From the IMG/VR virus record IMGVR_UViG_3300008255_000101, positions 32,001-96,000 of that record: DNA of 64,000 nucleotides, one strand, 5' to 3'. Under the pieces are notes generated by a model. That model made no database searches. It saw nothing but the letters and a program-made list of their open reading frames with translations, and was not told the origin of the DNA. The position numbers were made by a program, and so were the translations under genes. The number at the start of each line of letters is the position of its first letter. The stretch's first letter is position 1. Below are positions 47,815-58,435 of this stretch, in pieces. This DNA comes from a virus.

Positions 47815-50800
47815 GCTTTGATCCCCACGAAGTATCTAGTTGTGGACTCATTTCCCGCTGTCAGGGTACTGGCCGGAGGAGTGCTCTGGTTATCAAATTT
47901 CATTGCAAGGTACGGCGCTATATTGAAATTAGAAGCAGCCGATACCCCCGCGAATACGGGGGAGTTCATAGTGGTTACTATGCCCAGGTAGTAGATGCTG
48001 CCTCCCGTCAAAGTGTATGTAGACCCCGATACGAAATTACTGAGGGTGTAGCTCCTTAAACCAGCGGAAGGGTTTGTGTTTATAGACGTGTAGGCTACCA
48101 ACGACAGGGTGCTGCCTGACAGGGAGTACAGGACATAGTATAGATCTCCCCCTGATGGCTGTATCAGGAGGGCTTCCATTGTTGACGTCGTGGTGATAGC
48201 CATATCCCCGCTTGGTATCATTATGCTCAGGTGCATGGTGCGGGTATTGACGGTAAGTGCCGCTGCAGATATAGCCGAAGCTGGCAGTAGCGTCCTTTCG
48301 TAGGCTACAGAACCTCCTCCTCCAGACGGTCCCGTAGATCCGGGTACACCGGTTACTCCCTGGGTACCAGTATAACCTACACCAGTTACACCCTGGCTAC
48401 CCTGCAGACCTGTGACACCACGTAAACCAGTTAAGCCCCTAATGCCTGTAACACCCTGAACACCAGTGGCACCCTGGGGACCTGTGGACCCTTCGGCACC
48501 AGCCGCTGAAGCAGATGCGGCTCTTGAGATAGTCAGGTTATCTACACGGTATAGAGACCAGTTCCCGCCCTGGTAGTAGATAATGACGCGAGCCATAAAG
48601 GTGTATTCCAGAGAGAAACTAGGGAAATCCCCTAGTGCTAAACTCTGGGCGCTAAGAGCTTCCTGGCTACTGGCACTTCCTGCGGATTGACCCTGTATCC
48701 ATAGATACCTCTTGGCTTGGCTAACTGCATCTGCCGCAGCGGGTACCCCCATTAGCCATACGGCCATGTAGGTATTATTTGACATGGGGGTCTGTGTCCA
48801 GGTACCTCCCGAGTTCTGGTTATAGAACGGCGTGTTTCCGCTTAGCGGGACTATGTCAGACGCAGTCGTATTAAATGTAGCTGTACCTGTTCCTGTCCCC
48901 GTGAGGGAGTATTGGCAGTAAACACCACTTGTTAGTGCTGTGGACAGGGTGAGTAGGTCCTCGTCCTTGATGACTGTAGACGCTACATCCGGCCTTCTAT
49001 CGGCCACGGTGGTACTAGCCAAAACATAGTTACTGAGGGAACCACCTGACTCCCTGTAAGTACCCACCACCTCATGGAACTCTCTATGATCCTCCCACGG
49101 CATGGCCAACCCGTGACACTCCCTAATGGAGTATAGGTAGGTACCTGCGCTGTTATACACCACATAGGTTATCTGCAGCATGTCAAAGGACCACGGTGTG
49201 GTGTCCCACACGTAGGACGTACCATTATAATAAAGGAACAGAGGGGCCGTTGGGGATGCCGAGTGGGCGGGGGACACCCACCCGCTAGTAAGATCTGGTA
49301 TTAGTACACCCCGCCAATAGGCTTTAAACGTGCCAGTAAGTGCTACAGTACGGGAGGCGGAGTTGTAAGTTACTACGGGGGCCGACGTATCGTCAAAACC
49401 AGTGGGGTCTTTTAGAAGATCCTCATAACCAGTGGCTACACCAGTGGCGCCCTGGATACCGGTGTTACCCTGAGATCCGGTGTACCCCTGGATTCCTGTG
49501 GCACCCTGCACGCCTGTTGTTCCTTGAATACCTTGGGCTCCAGTAGTTCCTTGGGTACCTTGAACTCCTGTTGCTCCCTGAATACCTTGGGCTCCAGTAG
49601 CACCTTGGGTACCTTGAACTCCTGTGGTACCCTGAATGCCTGTTTCCCCTTGGATTCCCTGAATACCTTGGATTCCTTGAATTCCTTGGACTCCTGTTGT
49701 TCCTTGAATACCTTGAACACCAGTTGCTCCTTGAATACCCTGAATACCTGTGGCACCCTGGATTCCTTGTACACCAGTTGCTCCTTGAATACCCTGAACA
49801 CCAGTAGCACCCTGAATACCTTGGGCTCCAGTAGCACCCTGAATACCTTGGATTCCTTGAACGCCTGTAGATCCCTGGATTCCTTGAACCCCCGTCGACC
49901 CTTGGATACCCTGAACACCAGTTGTTCCTTGTACTCCTGTGGCACCTTGGATACCTTGGACTCCAGTTGCTCCTTGAGCGCCTGTTTCCCCTTGGATGCC
50001 CTGTACGCCAGTAGCACCCTGGATTCCTTGAACACCAGTAGTTCCTTGTAAACCAGTTACGCCCTGGCTACCGGTGTTACCTTGAACGCCTGTAGATCCC
50101 TGGACACCTGTTGTCCCTTGGGCACCCTGAACACCAGTAGCGCCTTGGGCACCTGTACTCCCTACGAAGTCCGCCCAGTACATAGTAGTGCCATCGTAGG
50201 TCAGGGCCTGGCCCAACGTGGGGTTTAGACCTGTTAGGCCCATTAGCAACTGGGCATAAATGACACCCTCTTTGGTCCACCTTCCCGTAACTACATTGTT
50301 GAAATCTTCTATTTCTAGGACTGCCCCACCGGTAATACCCGTCCCGTCCGCTATAGTTAAGGGTCCACCTAAGATGCTAGTAACTATCTCTGGGTCAGGT
50401 GAGTTGTCGTAGGCCTTTTGTAAAGTGGTAACGCCCACTGCACCAGCTCCTGCCACAACCTCACCTAATTTGGAGACACCTACGAAGGAGGCCTCTGTGG
50501 GGTCACTTAGGGAGGTGGCACCCTGCTGCACAGCCAGAACTCCGTATAGGGTGGCGTTTTCTTCTACGTCCTTCAACTTATTAAACACTTCTCTCTCCAC
50601 ACCCGCTACGGAATCTGCCAGGTTACCGTACACCTGCTGACCGTACTGCACAACGGTTCTGCCCGAGGCATACAAATAAAATCTCTGATTTGTGAATTTG
50701 TTGTTGGGTACGGCAGTTTTGGTACCGTTTAAATCGTAGAAGTTGGGGGAGATAAAAGTGGTAGGAGATTCCTCAGTGTTTGGGTCCTGGGTAGTGTAGC

Positions 50801-51917
50801 TAAATGTCAGGGGGGTAGCGACTGGGATCCCCTTAGTGTGGAGGTCCTTCACTTCTGTGCCGAAGTTTATACCGTTTCCAAACAGCGTACCCTCAGACTT
50901 GTTTAACCTAAGGTCCCCATCGTGTGGGGATAGCACGTTACCGCTTACATTTATGAACCCTAGTGCGGCCATAAAATCTCTTAACTGGGAGAAAGGTGAT
51001 ACAGACACATCTGGTTGCGTGTTAGCTACAGTTATGCTCGTGCGGTTTCTGTGCACCACCTTACCCAGCCAAACGTAATCCCTTCTTTCTGCGTTGGTGG
51101 GCTTGGTTGCGTAACTCAGCACGTTGTACTCTTTGTCCAGCAATACGTAGGTACTGTCCTGCGTAGCTAAGTTCGGAGGGGACACCCCCGTGGTACCGTT
51201 CCACTTTAGCTCTGTAATCGACGGAAAGTCGGGGTTAGACCAATCGTCTACCACAATAGCGGTTCCACTAGCTATGTCGTATTTTGTGCTGTCCAAGGGA
51301 TTGATTGATAGGGCCCCTCCTTCTATTAATCCTGTGGAATTGGACCACAAGGATCCCTTACTCATGTGGTCTAGGGGTAACCTGCCTACAGTGTCCAATG
51401 GGGCTATGCCACCCGAAGCTCCCACAGCCGCGTCAAAGGTATCAAACGCTCTCTGGACCTGGGTGTCCGCGACCGAAAGAATATTCGCGAAATTGCTTGT
51501 GTCCAGAGATATACCACTGGCGCCTTGGTGTTCTCCAACGTAGGTCATTACTGCCTGGCTGGTGGGGATAGCCGTGGACGGGCCTGTCTCGCCTAGTACG
51601 AGAACTTCACTAACTAGCACTATCTCTGAAGGCTTACTGTCCAACCCTATCAAGGCCTTGTATGCCTCGGTTCCTTTGGAACTGAGAAAGTTAGCGGTCT
51701 TGTCCGTTAGGGTATACCTGTCTTGTCCAGTTATCTCCTGGCCATCCATATCCCATAAACTTACGTTACCCTGAGTTATGGCGCTAAGGAGGTCACCCGC
51801 AAAATTTCCAAAAATTAGGGTATTGTAAAAGACTTCCTTCGTTTCCCCTGTAGCAAATGTCACCCCGTTAAGACTAAGGGGCGCTCCGCTGGTATTCTCT
51901 ATACTTTTGATTTCCAT
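47811..51917 (-). CDS. Collagen-like fibre protein with globular domains
   Basis: 1368 aa with a central ~240-aa (GIQGATGVQ)n region, a second short GXY stretch and beta-rich domains. Confidence 0.85.
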   Translation of the reverse strand: MEIKSIENTSGAPLSLNGVTFATGETKEVFYNTLIFGNFAGDLLSAITQGNVSLWDMDGQEITGQDRYTLTDKTANFLSSKGTEAYKALIGLDSKPSEIVLVSEVLVLGETGPSTAIPTSQAVMTYVGEHQGASGISLDTSNFANILSVADTQVQRAFDTFDAAVGASGGIAPLDTVGRLPLDHMSKGSLWSNSTGLIEGGALSINPLDSTKYDIASGTAIVVDDWSNPDFPSITELKWNGTTGVSPPNLATQDSTYVLLDKEYNVLSYATKPTNAERRDYVWLGKVVHRNRTSITVANTQPDVSVSPFSQLRDFMAALGFINVSGNVLSPHDGDLRLNKSEGTLFGNGINFGTEVKDLHTKGIPVATPLTFSYTTQDPNTEESPTTFISPNFYDLNGTKTAVPNNKFTNQRFYLYASGRTVVQYGQQVYGNLADSVAGVEREVFNKLKDVEENATLYGVLAVQQGATSLSDPTEASFVGVSKLGEVVAGAGAVGVTTLQKAYDNSPDPEIVTSILGGPLTIADGTGITGGAVLEIEDFNNVVTGRWTKEGVIYAQLLMGLTGLNPTLGQALTYDGTTMYWADFVGSTGAQGATGVQGAQGTTGVQGSTGVQGNTGSQGVTGLQGTTGVQGIQGATGVQGIQGETGAQGATGVQGIQGATGVQGTTGVQGIQGSTGVQGIQGSTGVQGIQGIQGATGAQGIQGATGVQGIQGATGVQGIQGATGIQGIQGATGVQGIQGTTGVQGIQGIQGIQGIQGETGIQGTTGVQGTQGATGAQGIQGATGVQGTQGTTGAQGIQGTTGVQGATGIQGYTGSQGNTGIQGATGVATGYEDLLKDPTGFDDTSAPVVTYNSASRTVALTGTFKAYWRGVLIPDLTSGWVSPAHSASPTAPLFLYYNGTSYVWDTTPWSFDMLQITYVVYNSAGTYLYSIRECHGLAMPWEDHREFHEVVGTYRESGGSLSNYVLASTTVADRRPDVASTVIKDEDLLTLSTALTSGVYCQYSLTGTGTGTATFNTTASDIVPLSGNTPFYNQNSGGTWTQTPMSNNTYMAVWLMGVPAAADAVSQAKRYLWIQGQSAGSASSQEALSAQSLALGDFPSFSLEYTFMARVIIYYQGGNWSLYRVDNLTISRAASASAAGAEGSTGPQGATGVQGVTGIRGLTGLRGVTGLQGSQGVTGVGYTGTQGVTGVPGSTGPSGGGGSVAYERTLLPASAISAAALTVNTRTMHLSIMIPSGDMAITTTSTMEALLIQPSGGDLYYVLYSLSGSTLSLVAYTSINTNPSAGLRSYTLSNFVSGSTYTLTGGSIYYLGIVTTMNSPVFAGVSAASNFNIAPYLAMKFDNQSTPPASTLTAGNESTTRYFVGIKA
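49440..50165 (-). repeat. Degenerate 27-/18-nt tandem repeat encoding GIQGATGVQ collagen
   Basis: Recurrent ccttgaatac/accagtagcacc units on the + strand. Confidence 0.85.
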
Positions 51918-51926
51918 AATACAGCC

Positions 51927-54900
51927 TTAGGGGGTCTCTGGATCAGTGCTCTCGAACACAAGATTGAGCATGAATCTAGCCGCAGCATTTATTTGATTAT
52001 TATTACTGCCTAAATTCGTGAACTGCCACCCAATCATGTCGTTAGCATTTCCTGTTATTCCTGTTATTCCTACGGCACTTACCTCTTGGTAAGCGGTAGT
52101 TCCCAAATTATTGTAGATACCGCACAGGGTTGGGTTGATATCGAGATCGATACTACCTATGGAGGTTCGGGAGGTACCGTCAAGCACGAATAACTCAATC
52201 CTTATCTTCGGGGAAGTACCCACCGTGCCCTGAGCAACAGCACACCTGGCTATGTGGCCATAGGCCGCTACCAACTTCCACCCGAAAGGAGTGACGTAGG
52301 GGTGAACACCTCCGTCCTGAAACTGTATGGAGCTATGTGTAAGTGGGGCCCCAAATGGATTGGCATTTCCAGATTGGATGGAGAAGTACCCCAGGGTACT
52401 AGACGCTTGTCCCATCATACCTGATAGCACGTAATCCCTAGGACGAGGACCTTGGCCTACGGGGCCAGTCTCACCCTGGGATCCGGTTTCTCCCTGTATG
52501 CCCGTGGCGCCTATCAATCCTGTTACGCCCTGGATACCCTGTACACCGGTAACGCCCTGGGCACCTGTGGCTCCTTGCACACCAGTCACACCCATCAGTC
52601 CCGTACTTCCGTCAGGTCCCGCATTACCAGTTATACCCTGGTACCCCGTGGCACCATCGGGACCCACGGACCCAGTCAGTCCATCCTCACCCGTCACACC
52701 TTGAGTGCCGTTGGCTCCTGTGATGCCTTGGACTCCCTGGATACCGTTGGCACCTGTTAAACCTTGTACGCCCTGAGAACCTGTCACACCCTGGACACCC
52801 ACAGCACCAGTGATACCCTGTATTCCTTGAGTACCCGTGACACCCTGGGTTCCCGTGCTACCCTGGACTCCGTTAGCACCTGTGGTGCCACGTAAACCTG
52901 TAATACCCTGAAGCCCTGTGATGCCCTGAGAACCGGTGATGCCCTGCACCCCGTCGAGTCCCGTGACACCCCGTGTACCCTCGGCGCCGGTGATTCCCTG
53001 TGTGCCATCGGCGCCGGTGATTCCCTGTACTCCATCAGTCCCAGTAATACCCTGGACACCGTCCGCTCCTGTGACACCGCGGAAACCTGTCAGTCCTTGT
53101 ACTCCGTTGGTACCCGTGATACCCTGGGTACCGGCTATGCCTTGAGTACCGGTAACACCCTGAAGGCCCTGAAGACCGGTGATACCGTCAAAACCAGTAT
53201 CCCCCTGGGATCCCTTTTCGCCAGTGATTCCCTGGGCACCGTCCGTTCCTGTAACACCCTGGATACCGTTGGCGCCTGTGGTGCCCTGCACTCCCGCGAT
53301 CCCCGTGATACCCTGCACACCCGCGGCACCAGTAGCACCCTGAAGGCCTTGAGTACCTGTGATACCGCCGAACCCAGTATCCCCCTGAGGACCCTGGTCA
53401 CCTGTGATGCCTTGAACACCGTCAGTACCAGTGGTTCCCTGCTCCCCTGCCACACCTTGTTGCCCTGTAATTCCTTGGACACCGCTTGCGCCCGTAATTC
53501 CTCTAATACCGGTGATGCCCTGGGTACCCGTATTACCTTGGGTACCAGTAACCCCTTGGTTACCGCTAGCACCAGTAATACCCATTAGACCGGTGATACC
53601 AGGTAAGCCGGTCTCTCCCTGAATGCCTTGTTCACCCGTGATACCCTGAGGACCTTGAGACCCAGTTATGCCTTGGGCGCCCGGAGAACCTGTTTCACCC
53701 GCAGGACCATAGGGTCCCGTTACTCCTTGGGAACCCGTGGTACCCTGTATACCCGTAGGTCCTTGGGAACCTGTGGCCCCCACCCCGGTGGATCCTTGGA
53801 TACCTTGGGTACCAGTCTCTCCTTGGGTACCAATACCTGTTTCACCTTGAACGCCTGTTTCTCCCTGGACGCCCGTTAATCCCTGGGACCCGGTGGCTCC
53901 TTGAATACCCTGAACACCAGTAGCGCCTTGAACACCAGTAGCTCCTTGAATACCCTGAACGCCTGTTGCTCCTTGAATACCCCGAACACCGGTAGCACCT
54001 TGAATGCCCTGAACACCGGTAGCACCCATTAAGCCCGTTGACCCATCGGGGCCGGGATTACCTGTGATACCCTCGAACCCAGTAATACCCTGAACACCGT
54101 CCACGCCTGTTATACCGCGGAAACCTGTAGGACCCTGGGCTCCCTCAGCACCTGTTAGACCGGCAGGTCCTGAAGGGCCTGTAAGACCTCTTGCACCTGT
54201 GTCCCCTTGGACGCCTTCAATACCCGTGAGACCCTGTAATCCAGTGTCGCCTTGAACACCATCAACACCTGTGAGGCCCTGTGCCCCCGTATCCCCTTGG
54301 ACGCCTTCCGAACCTGTGGCTCCTGCGGACCCCGTGATGCCCTGGGCACCAGTGTCCCCTTGTACGCCATCTACACCTGTAGGGCCCTGAACGCCCGTGT
54401 CACCCTGTACGCCTTCTGACCCGGTAACACCTTGAGCACCTGTGGCTCCCACACCCGTGGCGCCTGGGATACCCTGAATACCAGTTTCACCTTGGGTCCC
54501 TACACCAGTTTCACCTTGGGTACCTGTGGCACCCATTAAACCTGTGGATCCGTCTGGACCAGGGTTACCCGTGATACCGTTGAAACCTGTTAAACCCTGG
54601 ATACCGTCGGTACCAGTTATGCCTCGGAAACCTGTTAAGCCCTGGATACCGTTGGCACCGGTAATTCCGGTTACTCCCGTGATACCTTGGAGACCCGTTA
54701 GGCCTTGTTCGCCCTGGACACCGTTGAAACCGGTGGTTCCTTGAACACCGCTGCCACCTGTTATGCCCTGGAGACCAGTAGAACCCTGAGTGCCCTGTTC
54801 GCCAGTAATACCCTGGGGTCCCTGGGAACCGGTAATACCCTGAGCACCGGGGGAACCTGTTTCTCCAGCGGGACCGTAGGGACCTGTTTCTCCAGCGGGA

Positions 54901-56108
54901 CCCGTGGATCCGGACACACCAGTGGGGCCTTGGGAACCTGTGGCCCCCACTCCCGTTGAACCTTGAATGCCCTGAATACCAGTTTCACCCTGGGTACCTA
55001 CACCTGTCTCACCTTGGCTGCCTGCGCCAGTGTCACCTTGGGTACCTGTGCTACCCTGGATTCCTTGGAGACCAGTCTCACCTTGTACTCCGGTAGCACC
55101 TCTTAAACCTGTCGACCCATCCGGGCCCGGGTTACCCGTGATACCCTCAAAACCTGTTAAGCCTTGTATGCCCTCAGAACCAGTTATGCCCTGGAAACCT
55201 GTAGGACCTTGGGAGCCATCAGCACCTGTAAGTCCCGCCGGACCGGCTGGACCAGTAAGTCCCCTTGCCCCCGTGTCGCCTTGTACGCCTTCAATTCCAG
55301 TAGGTCCTTGAAGACCTGTGTCGCCTTGCAGGCCCTGCACACCAGTGTCGCCTTGCAGGCCCTCGGATCCAGTAGCACCCACAGAACCCGTTACGCCCTG
55401 GGTACCTACAGGACCTGTAATGCCCTGATCACCAGTGTCACCCTGGACACCGTCGATACCCGTAGGGCCTTGAACGCCCGTGTCACCTTGTACACCTTCA
55501 GCACCAGTCACACCCTGAGCGCCCGTGGCTCCCACACCGGTGGCGCCCTGTATTCCTGTGTCACCCTTGGCACCCGTAGCACCCTGAGTGCCAGCACCGG
55601 TCTCGCCTTGGAGACCCGTAGCACCCATCAAACCTGTGGAACCGTCGGGTCCTGGACTTCCCGTAATACCTTCGTACCCTGTTAGGCCCTGGATACCGTC
55701 CGCACCAGTTATACCTGAATCACCCGTGATGCCCTGGATCCCTGTAACTCCTGAAGTACCCGCAGGACCCGTCACCCCTTGAGGTCCGGTAACCCCTAAA
55801 CCTGTGTCCCCCTGGGGCCCAGTGGGGCCGTCGCTCCCTATGTAACCGATACCCGTAACGCCCTGTACACCAGTGGGCCCCTGGGGCCCTGTTATTCCTG
55901 GTCCCGTGTAGCTAGAGGAGCCACCTCCAGAGCAAATCCACTCCGTTCCATTGTAATACTCTAAGCAACCTGTAAGTCCGGCAGGGTTCGAAGTGTCCCC
56001 GTGGTAGATTACGTAACCCTCTTCAGCCACTAGGCTATCCCTCTCCGCCGTGGTAAGTACGGGAAGTTGAACGATTCGGCCTTTGTGTTTAATATTCAGG
56101 GTTTTCAT
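51927..56108 (-). CDS. Giant collagen-like fibre protein (~1150 residues of G-X-T/G-X-Q)
   Basis: N-terminal [10 protein letters not shown]...YYNGTEW fibre-type motif. GXY from about residue 70 to 1220, then a ~175-aa C-terminal beta-rich domain. Confidence 0.9.
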   Translation of the reverse strand: MKTLNIKHKGRIVQLPVLTTAERDSLVAEEGYVIYHGDTSNPAGLTGCLEYYNGTEWICSGGGSSSYTGPGITGPQGPTGVQGVTGIGYIGSDGPTGPQGDTGLGVTGPQGVTGPAGTSGVTGIQGITGDSGITGADGIQGLTGYEGITGSPGPDGSTGLMGATGLQGETGAGTQGATGAKGDTGIQGATGVGATGAQGVTGAEGVQGDTGVQGPTGIDGVQGDTGDQGITGPVGTQGVTGSVGATGSEGLQGDTGVQGLQGDTGLQGPTGIEGVQGDTGARGLTGPAGPAGLTGADGSQGPTGFQGITGSEGIQGLTGFEGITGNPGPDGSTGLRGATGVQGETGLQGIQGSTGTQGDTGAGSQGETGVGTQGETGIQGIQGSTGVGATGSQGPTGVSGSTGPAGETGPYGPAGETGSPGAQGITGSQGPQGITGEQGTQGSTGLQGITGGSGVQGTTGFNGVQGEQGLTGLQGITGVTGITGANGIQGLTGFRGITGTDGIQGLTGFNGITGNPGPDGSTGLMGATGTQGETGVGTQGETGIQGIPGATGVGATGAQGVTGSEGVQGDTGVQGPTGVDGVQGDTGAQGITGSAGATGSEGVQGDTGAQGLTGVDGVQGDTGLQGLTGIEGVQGDTGARGLTGPSGPAGLTGAEGAQGPTGFRGITGVDGVQGITGFEGITGNPGPDGSTGLMGATGVQGIQGATGVRGIQGATGVQGIQGATGVQGATGVQGIQGATGSQGLTGVQGETGVQGETGIGTQGETGTQGIQGSTGVGATGSQGPTGIQGTTGSQGVTGPYGPAGETGSPGAQGITGSQGPQGITGEQGIQGETGLPGITGLMGITGASGNQGVTGTQGNTGTQGITGIRGITGASGVQGITGQQGVAGEQGTTGTDGVQGITGDQGPQGDTGFGGITGTQGLQGATGAAGVQGITGIAGVQGTTGANGIQGVTGTDGAQGITGEKGSQGDTGFDGITGLQGLQGVTGTQGIAGTQGITGTNGVQGLTGFRGVTGADGVQGITGTDGVQGITGADGTQGITGAEGTRGVTGLDGVQGITGSQGITGLQGITGLRGTTGANGVQGSTGTQGVTGTQGIQGITGAVGVQGVTGSQGVQGLTGANGIQGVQGITGANGTQGVTGEDGLTGSVGPDGATGYQGITGNAGPDGSTGLMGVTGVQGATGAQGVTGVQGIQGVTGLIGATGIQGETGSQGETGPVGQGPRPRDYVLSGMMGQASSTLGYFSIQSGNANPFGAPLTHSSIQFQDGGVHPYVTPFGWKLVAAYGHIARCAVAQGTVGTSPKIRIELFVLDGTSRTSIGSIDLDINPTLCGIYNNLGTTAYQEVSAVGITGITGNANDMIGWQFTNLGSNNNQINAAARFMLNLVFESTDPETP
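52450..55905 (-). repeat. Collagen repeat region with higher-order duplications
   Basis: The block GITG[NS][PA]GPDGSTGL[MR]G occurs 5 times. [31 protein letters not shown] occurs twice. Confidence 0.85.
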
Positions 56109-56150
56109 GTGCTATCGCTAGGGTACGGGTTCATGCCTTGCCCCATGGCG

Positions 56151-56163
56151 ATTAGTACATTAT
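56151..56163 (-). promoter_or_regulatory. Putative late promoter motif (ATAATGTACTAAT)
   Basis: Motif copy ~43 nt upstream of the giant collagen gene. Confidence 0.6.
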
Positions 56164-56197
56164 AGCGGTAAGCCCCCGTGTTTAGTGGGGTTGTGGG

Positions 56198-57307
56198 CTA
56201 CCTAGCGTACACCCAGAGTTTGTATAGAGCCAGGCTCGTGTCGATATTTATCTTGACCACATCGTCCGATGTATTGGACCAATCGAAAGACCTTGTCCTT
56301 ACTCTCATTTCGGAAACAGAGCTATCGTGAGCGGTGGAATCCATCCTGAGATTACGGGGCCTTCCGTGCTTTGTGAGGCACCCCTGTATGAGAGTTTCAC
56401 CCAGTATGCCGAAGTCCGCCAAGTTAGGTTTACCGTCATTAACTGAGTCGTTACCTTCCGCCGTGTTGTTGGTGGTGTACAACATAGCACTAGGGTAGTT
56501 GGTATCGTTGCTGTCGTCATTAAAGTAAAGATGGACGGTGGCTAGCGAATTGTTTGAAAAATGGGAGCATTCCACTTTGATATTGCTATAAACTGAGGGG
56601 TCCCAGGTTATGGATCTCTGCGTCGTCTCTGGAGCACTGAGGCTGCTGAAAGAATCTAGGAGTACCCAGTCGCTAGGGGGAGCTGCCGGCGCGGATGCTC
56701 CCGTGGCACCTTGGGCGCCATCGATACCGTAGATACCACCTGGGGTGGGCAGGTATCCTGAGGTGGACACAATTGTTAGGTGCCAAGTCCCCACTATAGG
56801 GGTTCCGTCAACTAGAGACACTTCCACATTGTAGAGGTCCGCAGCACGTATCTCCGTGGGAAGAACGAGTTGGTTCAAATTATCGTACACCTGGACAATT
56901 ACTGATTCAGATCCCAGGTTGTGGTACACGGGTAATATGTCATTAACAAGGTCAGCCTGTGTGAAGGACCTAGCGTAAGAACCTATGCTATTGCAACCAC
57001 CCGTCTGGGAGATCAAGGTCACTCGCCAGGTTCCGGTTATGGGGGTACCGTCCACCAGAGAAACATCAACGTCGTACCCGTCGTTAATAATTATTTCAGA
57101 CGGCAACACTAACTGGTTGTTTTCATCGTACACCTGCACAATGACATTCTCGGTGCCAAAAGTATGATGCACGTTCACTATGTCGTCGACCAGGTCAGCT
57201 TGAGTGAACAGCCTAGTGAAAGCGCCTACACCGTCCCCGGCACAACCCGTATAGCCACCACCTCCACCACCGCCGTATGCCGGGCTCTGTACGAATCCTA
57301 GCATCAT
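56198..57307 (-). CDS. Fibre-associated protein with two tandem ~75-aa H[NT][LF]G beta-modules and a short collagen linker
   Basis: FTQADLV.DI..V.H..G.E.VIVQVYD..NQLVLP...VSLVDGTPI.GTW occurs twice. Linker GIYGIDGAQGATG. Confidence 0.75.
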   Translation of the reverse strand: MMLGFVQSPAYGGGGGGGYTGCAGDGVGAFTRLFTQADLVDDIVNVHHTFGTENVIVQVYDENNQLVLPSEIIINDGYDVDVSLVDGTPITGTWRVTLISQTGGCNSIGSYARSFTQADLVNDILPVYHNLGSESVIVQVYDNLNQLVLPTEIRAADLYNVEVSLVDGTPIVGTWHLTIVSTSGYLPTPGGIYGIDGAQGATGASAPAAPPSDWVLLDSFSSLSAPETTQRSITWDPSVYSNIKVECSHFSNNSLATVHLYFNDDSNDTNYPSAMLYTTNNTAEGNDSVNDGKPNLADFGILGETLIQGCLTKHGRPRNLRMDSTAHDSSVSEMRVRTRSFDWSNTSDDVVKINIDTSLALYKLWVYAR

Positions 57308-57930
57308 TAGTAGTGCACCACTATCCTTACGTCGGCTATGTCGCCGTCGGTTATGATGGAGACTCCGTTGTCCTTAGAAAGATTTCTGAAGATGGTGTAG
57401 TACACCAAGGGGTATACAGGCATGCTCTTGGTTACCGTAGCGTCCACTCCCGTTATATCCACGTAGACCACTGCAGTCTTGGCCGCATTGGAGTTATTGA
57501 ATATCTCCATGAAGGTCACATCGTGTGTGAACTTGATGCGGGTAGCATTTGAGTTTGCTACGTGAGTGGATATATTCTCTGACGCTGTGATGGGACTGTT
57601 TAGGGCCCCCGCGTCGGCCATCTGGTCCGCGATGTAGGGAATCAACCTAGGTGTACCCAAAGACGATTCAACCGAGGACCCGTCTACCGAAGTGATGGAC
57701 AGGTAGAAGGTGTCGCCCTCGGTAAGGCCTATTTTGGCTCTGTTAAAACTCGCAGAGGTGGCCCTCTTACCAAAAGTTCCAAAATTAGGGATGTTGTCCT
57801 GCAGCAAGTTAAAAGTTCCCGCAGACCCTGTGGGGGACCAGTACAGCCTAAATTTTTTCGCACCAGGAAGTAAGTCCCAGTACACTGTGATCTTTTCGGA
57901 ATTCTCGTGGAGCTGTATAGCGGGCAACAT
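57307..57930 (-). CDS. FN3-like virion protein
   Basis: FN3 pattern ITVYWDLLPGAKKFRLYWS...FYLSITSVDGSSVES. Confidence 0.7.
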   Translation of the reverse strand: MLPAIQLHENSEKITVYWDLLPGAKKFRLYWSPTGSAGTFNLLQDNIPNFGTFGKRATSASFNRAKIGLTEGDTFYLSITSVDGSSVESSLGTPRLIPYIADQMADAGALNSPITASENISTHVANSNATRIKFTHDVTFMEIFNNSNAAKTAVVYVDITGVDATVTKSMPVYPLVYYTIFRNLSKDNGVSIITDGDIADVRIVVHY

Positions 57931-57972
57931 AACTAATCCCTGTTTTGTTATCTGTGAAACAGGATGGGCCCC

Positions 57973-57985
57973 ATAAGGAGATTAT
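57973..57985 (-). promoter_or_regulatory. Putative late promoter motif (ATAATCTCCTTAT)
   Basis: One-mismatch copy ~43 nt upstream of 57930. Confidence 0.55.
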
Positions 57986-57987
57986 CC

Positions 57988-58425
57988 TTAGTGGATGTTC
58001 TTAGCCTTTTCCTTTAAGGCTTTGAGCCGACGTTCGTCGATCCCTGCCGAGTTCTGGGAGTTCTCCTCTTTCTCCACGTATTTCTTGAACTTAGTGGAGT
58101 CCTTGAGTCCGTTGTCCTTAGCCAACTGCTCCGCTTCTTTCCATGAGGAAACCTCTTGGCCGTTCACATTGGGGACCAACTTATTTTTACCACCGTATCT
58201 CTCAAGTTGGCGTATCTCCAGCTGAGCGTTTTTCTTCTTACGAAGGCGCTCTTGCTTTTGGTACTTACCTACTGTGGTAGCTTTAACGAAAGAGCCCGTA
58301 CCCCCTGATAGCACACGCCTCATAGGTTCTTGGCACTCCCCACATTTGAACTCGGGGTCCTCAGTCATTCCGTGCGTCTTGGCAGCTGTGTGCCCGTTTT
58401 CACACCGGTACTGGTATAAAGGCAT
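57988..58425 (-). CDS. FmdB-family zinc-ribbon protein (second copy)
   Basis: MPLYQYRCENGH...CGECQEPMRRVLS. AGGAGG RBS. Confidence 0.75.
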   Translation of the reverse strand: MPLYQYRCENGHTAAKTHGMTEDPEFKCGECQEPMRRVLSGGTGSFVKATTVGKYQKQERLRKKKNAQLEIRQLERYGGKNKLVPNVNGQEVSSWKEAEQLAKDNGLKDSTKFKKYVEKEENSQNSAGIDERRLKALKEKAKNIH

Positions 58426-58435
58426 CTTTGGCCTC

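Noticed and set aside
49440-55905. CRISPR array or diversity-generating retroelement repeats
   Set aside because: The repeats are in-frame GXY-coding with wobble variation. There are no unique spacers, no cas or reverse-transcriptase gene and no adenine-specific template/variable pair.
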